Below are positions 22,854-32,573 of a DNA stretch of 32,573 bases, in pieces. Every line of letters starts with the position of its first letter. The first letter of the stretch is position 1. The position numbers and the translations under genes are program-made. Origin of the DNA: Oopsacas minuta (lineage: Eukaryota; Animalia; Porifera). Where the stretch lies: positions 1-32,573 of the forward strand of contig JAKMXF010000244.1 of assembly GCA_024704765.1 (NCBI GenBank), given 5' to 3'. Under the pieces are notes generated by a model. The model did not search any database. It saw only the letters and a program-made list of their open reading frames with translations, and was not told the origin of the DNA.

Positions 22854-24186
22854 CAGTCTGACACGAAATTATTTACAATTTTTGATTGTTTATTAAGAAC
22901 CCGTAATATTGCAAAAGCACGAAATTGATATATCTCGATCACTTTACATGAACAATATAATACATATTTTTGTTATTTCAAAATTTTTTGATTTTTTAAA
23001 TCATTTCTTTGATTTTGTCACGTCATACTTGGTGATTACTGAGCATTTTATCCCTATTCTGTGGTGAACTAGAATTCTTCGAAATAAATTCAACAAGCCA
23101 AACGTCAAGAAGTTTCGGAGTTGGTTAAATTGAAAAAAACTACTATAAAGTCAATTGGAAAGCGATGTGGAGTTTCTTTGAAGACCGTGTATAATGTCAA
23201 AGCTACAGTGTCAGATTCCAAAAATTTGAAGCATCGAAAAGGAGCTGGTAGACCAATGAAAATGTCCAAAAATAACAAGATATCTCTTGCAGCCAAGCTT
23301 CAAAAAAATCCACGAGTATCTGTAAGAAGGATAGCAAGTGAATTTCAGGTCACTCAGGGTTTAGATATATCTAGAGAGTCGATACGGAGGACAATAAAGA
23401 GTATGGGACTTTCTAAGAAAGTTCTGATCAGAGGGCCGGGAATCACTCCCCAGAATGAGAAAATACGTGTCGATTGGGCCAAGAAACACAGGAGTATTGA
23501 CTGGCACAAGATAATATTCACGGATGAATGTTCTACTGGCTAAATCAGGGTAGAATTCGAATGTGGACACGAGGTGAACGACCAACCCTCAACAATCCAC
23601 GGCATACTCCCAAAGTATACATTTGGGGAGGAATTTCTGCTCGAGGTGCCATCCCAGTGAAGGTATTCAAGCATAACTTTAATTCAGAACATTATTGTAA
23701 TGTTTTAAATGAAGTTCTGTTTCAGACTGCAGATACATTATGCGCTGATGGCTGGAAATTGCAAGAGGATAATTCGAGTATCCATACATCAAAGTTTTCA
23801 TATGCTTTCAAAGAGACACACCGTGTTAGACGCATAGACTGGCCTCCCAATAGCCCGGATCTCAACCCTATTGAGAATTTATGGAGTGTACTGAAGCACA
23901 GAATAATGGTCAACGCTCCAAAGACAATTGAGGAAGTGGAGAGTATGATATATTCTCAGTGGGAAACGTTTGAACCTGATTTTCTTTCTAAGTTCACAAG
24001 TTCTATGAAAAAAGGTGTGATCTGGTAATTGCCTCTGGTGGGAAAAAGATTAACTATTAGTAACATTATTGTTTTAGGTAATATCTATCACTTCTATACA
24101 AGAAAGGTATCGTCAATTTCTTTAGTAGTCAATGCTAAATTGGATTATGGTTAATTTATAATTGTAAATTATTTTGTGTCAGACTG
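22854..24186 (+). mobile_element. Tc1 element A (1333 bp) nested inside element B
   Basis: TA|CAGTCTGACACGAAATTATTTACAATT ... AATTGTAAATTATTTTGTGTCAGACTG|TA. Confidence 0.93.
23085..24060 (+). pseudogene. Tc1 DD34E transposase of element A (two frameshifts, no ATG at the expected start)
   Basis: GAGRP linker, IIFTDEC, LQEDNSSIH, WPPNSPDLNPIE with 34 residues between D and E. Frameshifts at ~23535 and ~24010; corrected end ...SGGKKINY* at 24060. Confidence 0.92.
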
Positions 24187-24233
24187 TAAAACACATATAG
24201 TTGAAGAAATACTAGCATTATTATCATATTCTA

Positions 24234-25213
24234 TCAATAATTATTTTTTTTCCCAGCATTGTCTAAACACAATCTAATTCTTTTGGGCATTGAAGTGCAA
24301 AAGGGACGGAGAAAATCTGGATCAAATGTTGCCCATATGTCATGAATTGCCTGTTTTAGTTGGCTTACAGTTTTAGGATGAAGTACAATCAACCTCCTTT
24401 TCAACACTGCCACAGATTCTCAATGGGCGCTAGGTCTGGACTATTTGGCGGCCAATCAATTCTAAGGGGGACGAACTCCGTCTTCCACCACTTAGCTGCC
24501 CTGCCAGTGTGCACAGGACTGTTATCCTCCTGTAAAACCCAGCTATCTCCGTATTTTGCGTTAGCCTCCTCAATAAAACACTCGTGAAGAGTGGAAATAT
24601 ACACCACCTGATTGGAATTTTCTGTGAAAATCCTCAGATATGTAGTCCCCATTATCGAAATTCCACCCCAAAGATGAACTTTAGATGGATGCCTGAAGGT
24701 TGGCAGATGAACCGTTTGTCCCTTTTTAATCCACAGAATGACTCTTCCAGAGTCAAGCCAAACTGAACGTTCATCAGTAAAGAAGGTCTTACTCCAATCA
24801 AAACACTTCATTTCTTTACACCAGGCGATTCTTTTGGAAACATAGAGGTCGGTGAGTGCTGGAACTCGGACAGCCCGCTTGCTGACAAAGTTTTGCCTCT
24901 TTACCTGAGCATGAAGAGTACTTATGGATACAGGAGAGCTCAATCTCGGTAGTATAGAGCGTAGAGAGGTCCTCGGATTGCTTTGATACAAAGCAGCTAT
25001 CCTTCTTTTGTCATTTGCCTTTATTTTTGAAGGCCGACCAGCACCCCTTTTGTGCTGAAGGCTCTTTTTATCTTTTATCAGATTCAAGACACGATATACA
25101 GTCTGCTTAGGTATACTTGTTCGCTGGCAGATATCCACTCCTTTGGTAGCTCCTGCATTGTATAGTGTCTCTATTTGATTTCTACGCTGTTATTGAGTAG
25201 AGTGCTTGTGCAT
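24234..25213 (-). pseudogene. Tc1 DD34E transposase of element B (early stop, frameshift near 24410)
   Basis: MHKHSTQ*QRR..., GAGRPSK, FFTDERS, LQEDNSPVH, WPPNSPDLAPIE (D34E). Shifted tail VLKRRL...FDPDFLRPFCTSMPKRIRLCLDNAGKKNNY*. Confidence 0.92.
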
Positions 25214-25514
25214 TGTACAAAATATGTGGTCTTAGATGACAGAAATGGGGTCTCGAAATATATATAGGTATATTTGCTTGGGAATCACAATATTTCAGCC
25301 AAACAAACGAAATATTATGTGAAATAGCGAATCTATTGGTTTTCTAACAATTATAGGAAGTGCATATATACAGTAAGGTAAATGGTTGTATAATATGCGC
25401 ATAACCTGATATCCTTCATGGTGATTCAAGTTAATCATGAAAAGTCCCAATTATTTCCGAACATACTGTAGATTGGGAACCCTTGACAATTTCAATCAAG
25501 GATATTTTATACTA

Positions 25515-25698
25515 CAGTGGAGTCACCGAATAACGTACACGTTGGGAACCTGGCTTCTTAGTTTGGTAGAGAATTGTCCGCTCCTCGGAGACTATTTAAG
25601 TATTAATTACATGCTTGGCAAATTCAATCCGTGCGACGAGGTTTGTCCGTTTCATGGGGTTGTCCGCTTTTCGGAGGTACAGATTTGGGACTCCACTG
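25515..25698. mobile_element. Tc1/pogo-type MITE, 184 bp
   Basis: TA|CAGTGGAGTC ... GACTCCACTG|TA, with internal TTGTCCG repeats. Confidence 0.75.
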
Positions 25699-25935
25699 TA
25701 GATGAACGAGATCCGAAATTCTCCTCTTTTGGCACTGCTGATTAATGGCGACGAAATGCTTGGAACCGCGTTGTCCAAATTTATTGGAGTTGACTCTATA
25801 TTAGAACAAGTAATGGCAAATACTAGAACTTTAATATGAATTATATATGATTCAGAAAAAAGTGGATAATAGAAATTAGAGATAACAAGAAAATGAAAAT
25901 ATTTCAGTGAAACAAAAATAGATAGTCTTTTTTGA

Positions 25936-26600
25936 TCAATCCTTTGGATCTTTTGGAACCATACTACAGATATTAGAAATATATACATTAGGATCTGAGA
26001 TATTATCAAGTAAATCCACAACATCACAAAATTCGGGGAAGGTTTCAGAGGGTAAAATCTCTTCATCGAGAAAATCTAGTATCAATTCAAACTGACTGAG
26101 AATTGATCTATCATGATTTTTGTACTCTTGTATAATATTTAACACCATATTTTCTGTATTGGGAAAATCTGTCGTTTTAAGTATGAGATTGATCCTATTC
26201 ACTAGTGCAAACACTATCAGATAAGGCCTAGAGAAAAAATATTATCATATTACAGTACGACCTCGTTAGTACAAAACGGTTAATACTAGTTGTTAGATAA
26301 AACGAACAATTAATCACACAAAATCAGGTAGACTCCGGTTAATACAAAGTCAGAATCCGAAGAATAAAATTCGAGGGTCCGTTTGGTGTATGCATTTACG
26401 AGTTTCTTAAGTAATGTAGAAAATTGCAGCATAATCCGATTATCAAAATATGGTGAAATAATGTATTTAGTGAAAGCAAAGTTAAGGAAGAACATAAGAA
26501 TGCAAAGAATATATTAAGTAAATGGTCTAAATCACTGATGTTAACTTCATTAGCAGGCCATCCAATTCGCGGCCCAGTAGTGCATAGTGGGGATGTAGAG
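25936..26600 (-). pseudogene. UBR4: C-terminal fragment of E3 ligase UBR4 (p600/Poe/BIG): last ~97 codons open, upstream part degenerate
   Basis: RPYLIVFALVNRI..PNTE..QEYKNHD..LDEEILPSETFPEFCDVVDLLDNISDPNVYISNICSMVP aligns almost without gaps to the recalled human end RSSLLFWALVDLI..SNTE..AEYIRHND..FQEEFMPVETFSEFLDVAGLLSEITDPESFLKDLLNSVP. The upstream frame gives VNISDLDHLL, LSLNT..FL, NGPSNF..PE and LTTSINR, with stops at 26396-98, 26339-41 and 26324-26. Confidence 0.8.
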
Positions 26601-28049
26601 AGGAGGGTACGATGCAGGGTCCTAGCTCAGCAAACTCAATAATTAAGTAGTCAACAACTAGTAAGTAAATATTCGAAAAAATGCCATATTTCGAGTAGAT
26701 ATATTTTTGCGGTCAAATCATATAACCATATCAATTAGCCAATACGTTAACAGTCCTACCAAAGATTTCTCAAGATTATATACATATTATCATATATTTT
26801 GTATGATGGATATTGTTCTATTCGAATTGGGCAATTGCGAAATATGGATTTCCTACTTCGTGATTTATGATATATCGTCAGGTTTTCATTTAGAAACAAT
26901 CAATAAAATAAGTAAAATTTCAGTAAATACAAGGTTTCAAACGTAACCATGATTAAACTCTATAAACAAATCCAGTAGAATATTGATCTTAACTCCACAA
27001 AAAAATGAAATGATTAATTAAGTACTAGGTGTGATACAGCCTGTGCACCTGTAGGGACCTTAGCCCACTATTAGTAACACATAGTACCATTTGATCAGAT
27101 CAGTTTAAGTTACCTGTTATCCAAAATGCAATCCACCCATGGTTCACACTGAGCTCATGTTTCTTGGAGGCTATACATAGGAGAAGATCCCTTTGCACGT
27201 GCATGAACCAAAGACCATAAACATGGCATGAATATGGCATGAATAATTTTACTTCAAGGCCGAAACATAGCATGAACTTTCAAGTTTATTGCAAGAACAT
27301 GGGGGGAATCCGGCAACACTGTCACTTACATACCAGGTGTCTATCTGAACAAATTGAAGATAAGTAGAAATAAATTATCCTCGCTTGCGAGGTTGGACGT
27401 GACCAGCATTGAAATTGTCCAGGGTTTGGTCAGTGTCTTTGTAGCTGATATCCTCGCTCCTTTCGTATTTTACCCCCCCCCGCATTGGATTATGGGCTGA
27501 CAACGCTTTAATTGGAATAATTCTAAACTCACAATTTTATTAACTCTTCAAAAAGGCAGTAGATCAAATATAACATATCAGGAATCATGGTTCTTGGCCA
27601 TTGTACGATTTAGCATATATGCTTCAAAATTCAGAGCCACTGAGTTAAAACCAGCGCGATATGACAGTTAGAGATTAGAAAGTTAGTAAATGTATTTGCA
27701 CTATATGAAACCAACACACAGCAAATTATTACTAATTTGACATGTATGACCAGTTTGCCCAGGAGCACAATTTGCAAGAGTAGGCATCAGGTTGGGGATC
27801 CACTTTGCAAAGGTGTGTATTCTCCTACAATCATCCACTCTTGGATCCGAACCTGCAACGAAGGTCACACAACTACTGAAGTTAAGGATCACATAACGGA
27901 ACAGCATAAATATTATTTGATAATGATTTGAACTACAATAGTTGGATAAATTAATTCAAGTATTAGGGAAATATTCGTGTTTTCACAATAATTGATGGAT
28001 AAACTTACTATAATGCGGTGTTCGAATACTATTGGATGCCAATATATTT

Positions 28050-28250
28050 GCTGAAATAATCTCAAAAGGAGATTTTGCCTCCTATTTACCCCCAGTTCAC
28101 AAAATACTCAAGATAAAGGGGCTTTGGTATTTCTCTCTTAGTTCGATCCGTCCAACGACATAAATGTTAACTGGGCACATAGTCCGATCAATCCAACGAA
28201 ATAAATGTTAGCTAGCACATAATTTAGCACATTCTTTGAGATATTTCAGC
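28050..28250. repeat. Small degenerate MITE-like unit with inverted ends and an internal 41-bp-period duplication
   Basis: GCTGAAATAATCTCAAA pairs with TTTGAGATATTTCAGC. TCCAACGA(C/A)ATAAATGTTA...GCACATA occurs at 28151 and 28192. Confidence 0.5.
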
Positions 28251-31200
28251 ATAATATGTTTCATAATTTGCTGTTATACAATTGAGACATATATGTTTTC
28301 GAGCTATATGAATAGATTTTGAAATATCATAGTTGCCCAGGTTGTTTTTCGCCTGATCACATATTCCTGGCCCATATTTCGGACCAGTGCCATGAGGATA
28401 TATTACTTAGGTCATTGTGCAGTTTGTTGGGACAAATGTTTGTGCATACAACACATTCTGAGGATTGAATAATTGCTAGAAAAATATTAGATAAAAGAAG
28501 TTTCTTAGAACTTCAAAAAATTCTAAGAGTTCTCTCTACAAGAGAACATCTGTCTAAAAGGGCTTTCATTGCTATCATATGCAATGAAGGCCTGTTACTT
28601 CGAATATTACTTCGAATAAGTAACAAAGTATTCATGAAAATATATTTACAGTAATATAAACGAAAGTTAATGAAAGAATTGCATATAGCAAGGAAGATTG
28701 GGGTGATGAAGTGAAAGAACAGTTAACTCAATGGTAACAGCTTTTGATATTCAGAAACATGACATCTTGTCTCATATTGTTGATTTACTAAATGAAAGAC
28801 TCACATCGTATAATTTTGCTAAGAAACAAGTGAAACATTGTGAAATGTTCATTATGGTGAAAATCTGCTTCAATCCTCCGATAAGACAGCAATAAATCTC
28901 AGGTTTTCTTCTTGACCACCAAAAATTGCAAGAAATATAGTAGACTCATTGCGTATGAGCATTGCACAGATCCTATCCAGTTTGTGGAAGAAACTTGTTA
29001 ATATATTTACACAATAGTAGTAAAAACACTCATATTCACAATAATATTGCTCAAAGTCAAAATGATGAACGTCGATCAAACTCAAAATAATGATAATAGA
29101 TAACATGTTTGATTAGCAAAAGCTAGCTTCCAAATCGCAAACAAAGGCGTAACAAGGGCCGCTCAAAGGTCAGCATAGGTGCGGCAAACAGTGGCATAGC
29201 TGCCGCATGTGACACATATGCCGCACCGTTACGCCTCTGATCGTAAATCTCATCGGGCTAAATGCCCAAGATTTTAGCCTCGGCATTTTTACGTCTCAGA
29301 TAATGTATATATGGAGCCATCAGATGACCATGTTGCTCAGTAATTGGACCGTTACATTGTAGCATTATGTCCAATCTCTCAACATCTAAAATTCCATTCT
29401 CATCACAATATAGACAGTACTCTCTCCACAAAATGTATCTGGAACAACGTGTTGATCTACATCTGTCATACATTACATTGCTTCAGGAATTGATACCATA
29501 TATTCTTGTAAGGAAATTTCATGATGAATTATTGCAACGAGATATGGCGTATGGTCCACAAATTAATACGGTGGATTATGGTCGTATTTACACACATTAG
29601 AAAGAAGCATAAAACATTTACGTATTCTACATGACTCCGCTATCTATCGCTAAATTTTCGATTCCAAATTGCATTTTGCAAATTGTCTGCTAGCCAAATC
29701 AACGAACCATCCAACATGGGTAAACCTTTGCAAATCTCATCAAAACTACATTTTCAATGAGATTCGTACTCACCATCATATTTCCAGTCCTTTATTCGTC
29801 AAATAAGCACTATCTGACCACTTTTGAGATGGAATGTTGTACATTCAGGCTTTATCAAGGAAATTATTATGTGGTCCCTATACTGAAAGGGAATTTCATG
29901 GTAATTACTGATTATTTAGTAGAATATTTAGGTCTCGACAATTACATGTAATTAATTTATCGAAAATTCAGTCGCCACATACATTCGCATTGCATCAAGC
30001 AGACAGGTGCCTCCACATTAATTGATTCTAGTTCATGCTTGAGTGTACTCCTTCTGGCTTGTATGTTTCTTCGTTTGGTTTCCTCCAGTACAAATGAGTC
30101 GCTAGGTTAGTTTGGTTCTTGCTAGTTGGTGTTGGGACTCCGGGGTTTGTATACACTTATGAAGGGATTTTCTCAGAAGCTTAGAGGAATTTTAAGGAGT
30201 GCTGAGGATTTGGTGTAAGAGAGTTAGGTATGTGCCCCTGGTCCGCCGAGCACAAACCGCTTCTGCGCAGGTGGGCTTGCAACATTGTTTATGTATGTGT
30301 GTGTGCTGAAGAACTTTCAAGGACAGCAACCTTCAAGCTAGGGTTAAAATTTCTCTATCATAATTGAAGGTATGATGACCCAGGAAATTATCTATATATA
30401 GTAAGATCCCAGCTGCTAAGTGGTTTACGTAAGAACCAAGTAAATTGAATATTGTTTAAGGAGCTATACCCTGAAATTGACCCAGCAACCTTGGAGGTTG
30501 TCATGACAAAGGCTTCAGCGAAACATATCCACAAAATTTATTACGAGGTATGGCCTGAATTATTGGGCATTATTGGCAAGGCTGTTTCGTGGGTCCCCTA
30601 AATATCCCATGAGAATAGCAAATTTGAAATATTCAAATGATATAATCATTCTGCAACTCCAGATTATCCATTGACACTTCGATCTATTACATTGTAACAC
30701 CTTTGAGGCAACAATTTCTATAGTTTTCTGATTTCCTCTGAATTTGGTAGAGTTCAAAGAGAATATTCCGGCCATAAGATACTTAGTTTGAATGGGATAA
30801 CGATATTGTATATAAGATATATGATTGATTGTCCCAAGAACCAAATGTATCCGTTGAAGACAATCAATGGCTTCCAAATATAGAATATCGTAATTCCGAT
30901 GTAAGGGAGATATCACGAATCAATCAAAAAAGATATAGTGAATAGAGAGTATTCAAGTTAACAAATATTCGCCATATTGTAGAACATTACTTGGGCAGTT
31001 TCCGAAATCTACACCATTTGATAAATGAATCAACTAACAGCTTATAAATATTCACAAAACATTTGCTAACATCGTGAATTTATATAGTATGTAAGAAATA
31101 TCGGGGAAATTGAAGTACCACGAAGATTGAGGAAGTAAAATTGTGTTTAAAGATCGTTTAGAGGGTCTTGTTGCCCTTATCCAGCCTGTCAATATTTAGA

Positions 31201-31675
31201 TCTTAAGAGACATGACTAAAATACTACTCGCATCAGTGAGGAATTACTGTACCCACACATAGAGCTACCAATATAGTAAAATAATTGTGTTTTCTGAGGA
31301 TAGATATATTTCATATACAAAGCACGAGTATTAGGGCAGATTGTGATAAAATATTATATGCTGGTACGAGAATAGTCAAACACTAAAACAGATATGGTGG
31401 AATGTCGAATATTTAATGATAAGTTTAATTATATATGAAAAAGAAGCAGAAATGTCAAAAATTGAATAATGCAGCCAAAATACCACAAAGACTATCATAA
31501 TCAAAGTGCAAATTTGCAACGATTCTAGAATCCGAAAGTAACGAACTTTCCAAATCTCGGAAAATACACCACAGACATCCAATAATAATTTACCAGCACA
31601 CAACATGCCTGATATAATGTCTCTAGAAAATTAACTACTCTTAAGCATCCTGGGGGCCGTATTCACTAAGCATAC

Positions 31676-31717
31676 TTAAGTATGTACTTAGTACTTAAGT
31701 ACTAAGTATATACTTAA
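31676..31717. repeat. 42-bp palindrome with one mismatch
   Basis: TTAAGTATGTACTTAGTACTT|AAGTACTAAGTATATACTTAA, centre at 31696/31697. Confidence 0.9.
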
Positions 31718-31965
31718 ACCGTATTCACTAAGATTGGTATTCACTAAGATTTAAGCTTATACTTAAGTATGTACTTAAGTACAAAAGTTAAGTAACCTAC
31801 CGAGGTTGCTTAAGTTATTCAAGCTCTATTTTAAGTTTCCAAACATATTATATTTATCGATAACATTGATGTAGTCACTTCAGTCACTCGTTTTCTTTGA
31901 TTAAATCATACTTTCACTATAAATTATGATTTTCTATGATGTTACAATATGACTAAATCGTATAT

Positions 31966-32573
31966 CTAAAGCTGCTGCTGTTGATCATTTTCTAAAAGTC
32001 TCTGCTTTTCATGACGATAATACTCCCTCTGCTCTTCAATCAGCTGTAGTTGAGCCGAGAATACTTCCATCTGTTTAAGGAGCACTTCTCGTTGCAGAGG
32101 AAGTAAATCAGAGACCTTTGTTGACTGTTCGATGCTCCTCTTACGCCTACGCCTTCCCTCTGGACGACTGTTAACTACAGTAACTTCTGGTCCCTCAAAC
32201 ACTGGTGTTACTTCTCTGCTTTCGCTAATCTCAGTGTGTGAAGGCAATGCTGTTGGGGCTTGAAACATATCAACGCTACCACATATTCCAGTGAACGCTG
32301 GCGTACTCGAGAACATCTGTGATACTCTCCCCGTCACAGATGTGGATAATTCCCTATCGGAGCTAAGGATCCGGATGTCTTCATCCTCCACTTCACCAGC
32401 TTCATTTGGCCCTCCTCCTGTCCTCCTCGCTTCCCTTCGACTGGAATCCACACGGGCTTTTGCGGAACCTTTTAGATTGTTCCACTTCTTCTTAATATCT
32501 TTCACATCTCGGTTGTTGCCATGGATGGAATTGATTTTCCTCATAACGTTGTTCCAAAGCCTCGTCTTTTTTT
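31966..32573 (-). CDS. Myb/SANT-like DNA-binding protein (Harbinger accessory ORF / MSANTD-like), 5'-truncated by the window edge
   Basis: KKTRLWNNVMRKINSIHGNNRDVKDIKKKWNNLK...RRTGGGP is the trihelix Myb/SANT signature, followed by a C-terminal coiled-coil-like segment. The frame is open to the window end. Confidence 0.85.
   Translation of the reverse strand, partial: KKTRLWNNVMRKINSIHGNNRDVKDIKKKWNNLKGSAKARVDSSRREARRTGGGPNEAGEVEDEDIRILSSDRELSTSVTGRVSQMFSSTPAFTGICGSVDMFQAPTALPSHTEISESREVTPVFEGPEVTVVNSRPEGRRRRKRSIEQSTKVSDLLPLQREVLLKQMEVFSAQLQLIEEQREYYRHEKQRLLENDQQQQL

Larger units (their letters stand above)
22763..25468 (-). mobile_element. Tc1 element B (outer element; ~1.37 kb without the nested insertion)
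   Basis: TA|CAGTGTGTTCGGAAATTATTGGGACT ... AGTCCCAATTATTTCCGAACATACTG|TA are TIRs with a TA TSD. Confidence 0.9.
31653..32573 (-). mobile_element. End of a PIF/Harbinger transposon (runs off the window)
   Basis: Terminus GGGGCCGTATTCACTAAG after CTG (CWG-type target), repeated GTATTCACTAAG and TACTTAAGTA motifs, and an adjacent Myb/SANT gene. Confidence 0.65.

Noticed and set aside
25596-26066. 156-aa minus-strand ORF
   Set aside because: It is an alternative frame overlapping the UBR4 tail, its 3' flank and the 25515-25698 MITE; no coherent domain.
27130-27310. CATG-rich segment with short inverted motifs (CATGTTTCTTG / CAAGAACATG)
   Set aside because: Possibly a MITE interior, but termini and TSD could not be defined.
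29160-29245. GGTGCGGCA / TGCCGCACC inverted motifs next to a CAGAGGCGTA-like end
   Set aside because: Probably one end of a small DNA transposon; no partner terminus was found, so it is not called as a feature.
30080-30320. GT-rich, higher-GC island resembling a retroelement UTR
   Set aside because: No ORF, poly(A) tail, LTR pair or TSD supports a call.

Overview
AT-rich eukaryotic, most likely animal, genomic window; no prokaryotic features such as operons or CRISPR were seen. It holds one clearly intact host gene, an intronless UDP-glucose pyrophosphorylase (UGP2/UGP1, minus strand 3508-5001), and a decayed copy of the C-terminal part of UBR4/p600 (about 25936-26600). Most of the remainder is nested, mostly dead transposons: hAT, Ty3/Gypsy, two nested Tc1 (DD34E), Merlin/ISXO2, PIF/Harbinger (Myb/SANT gene plus terminus), several MITEs and at least four long foldback palindromes. 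The most notable signal is barely visible in the ORF track. It is a frameshifted RAG1-core/Transib-like DDE transposase on the + strand, split into two collinear halves (about 5820-6830 and 14400-15036) by about 7.5 kb of other insertions, with all three catalytic positions and the Zn-binding region still recognisable. All protein-family calls are manual translation and motif recognition, not database searches. The host taxon cannot be determined; an intron-poor non-bilaterian such as a sponge is only a guess.
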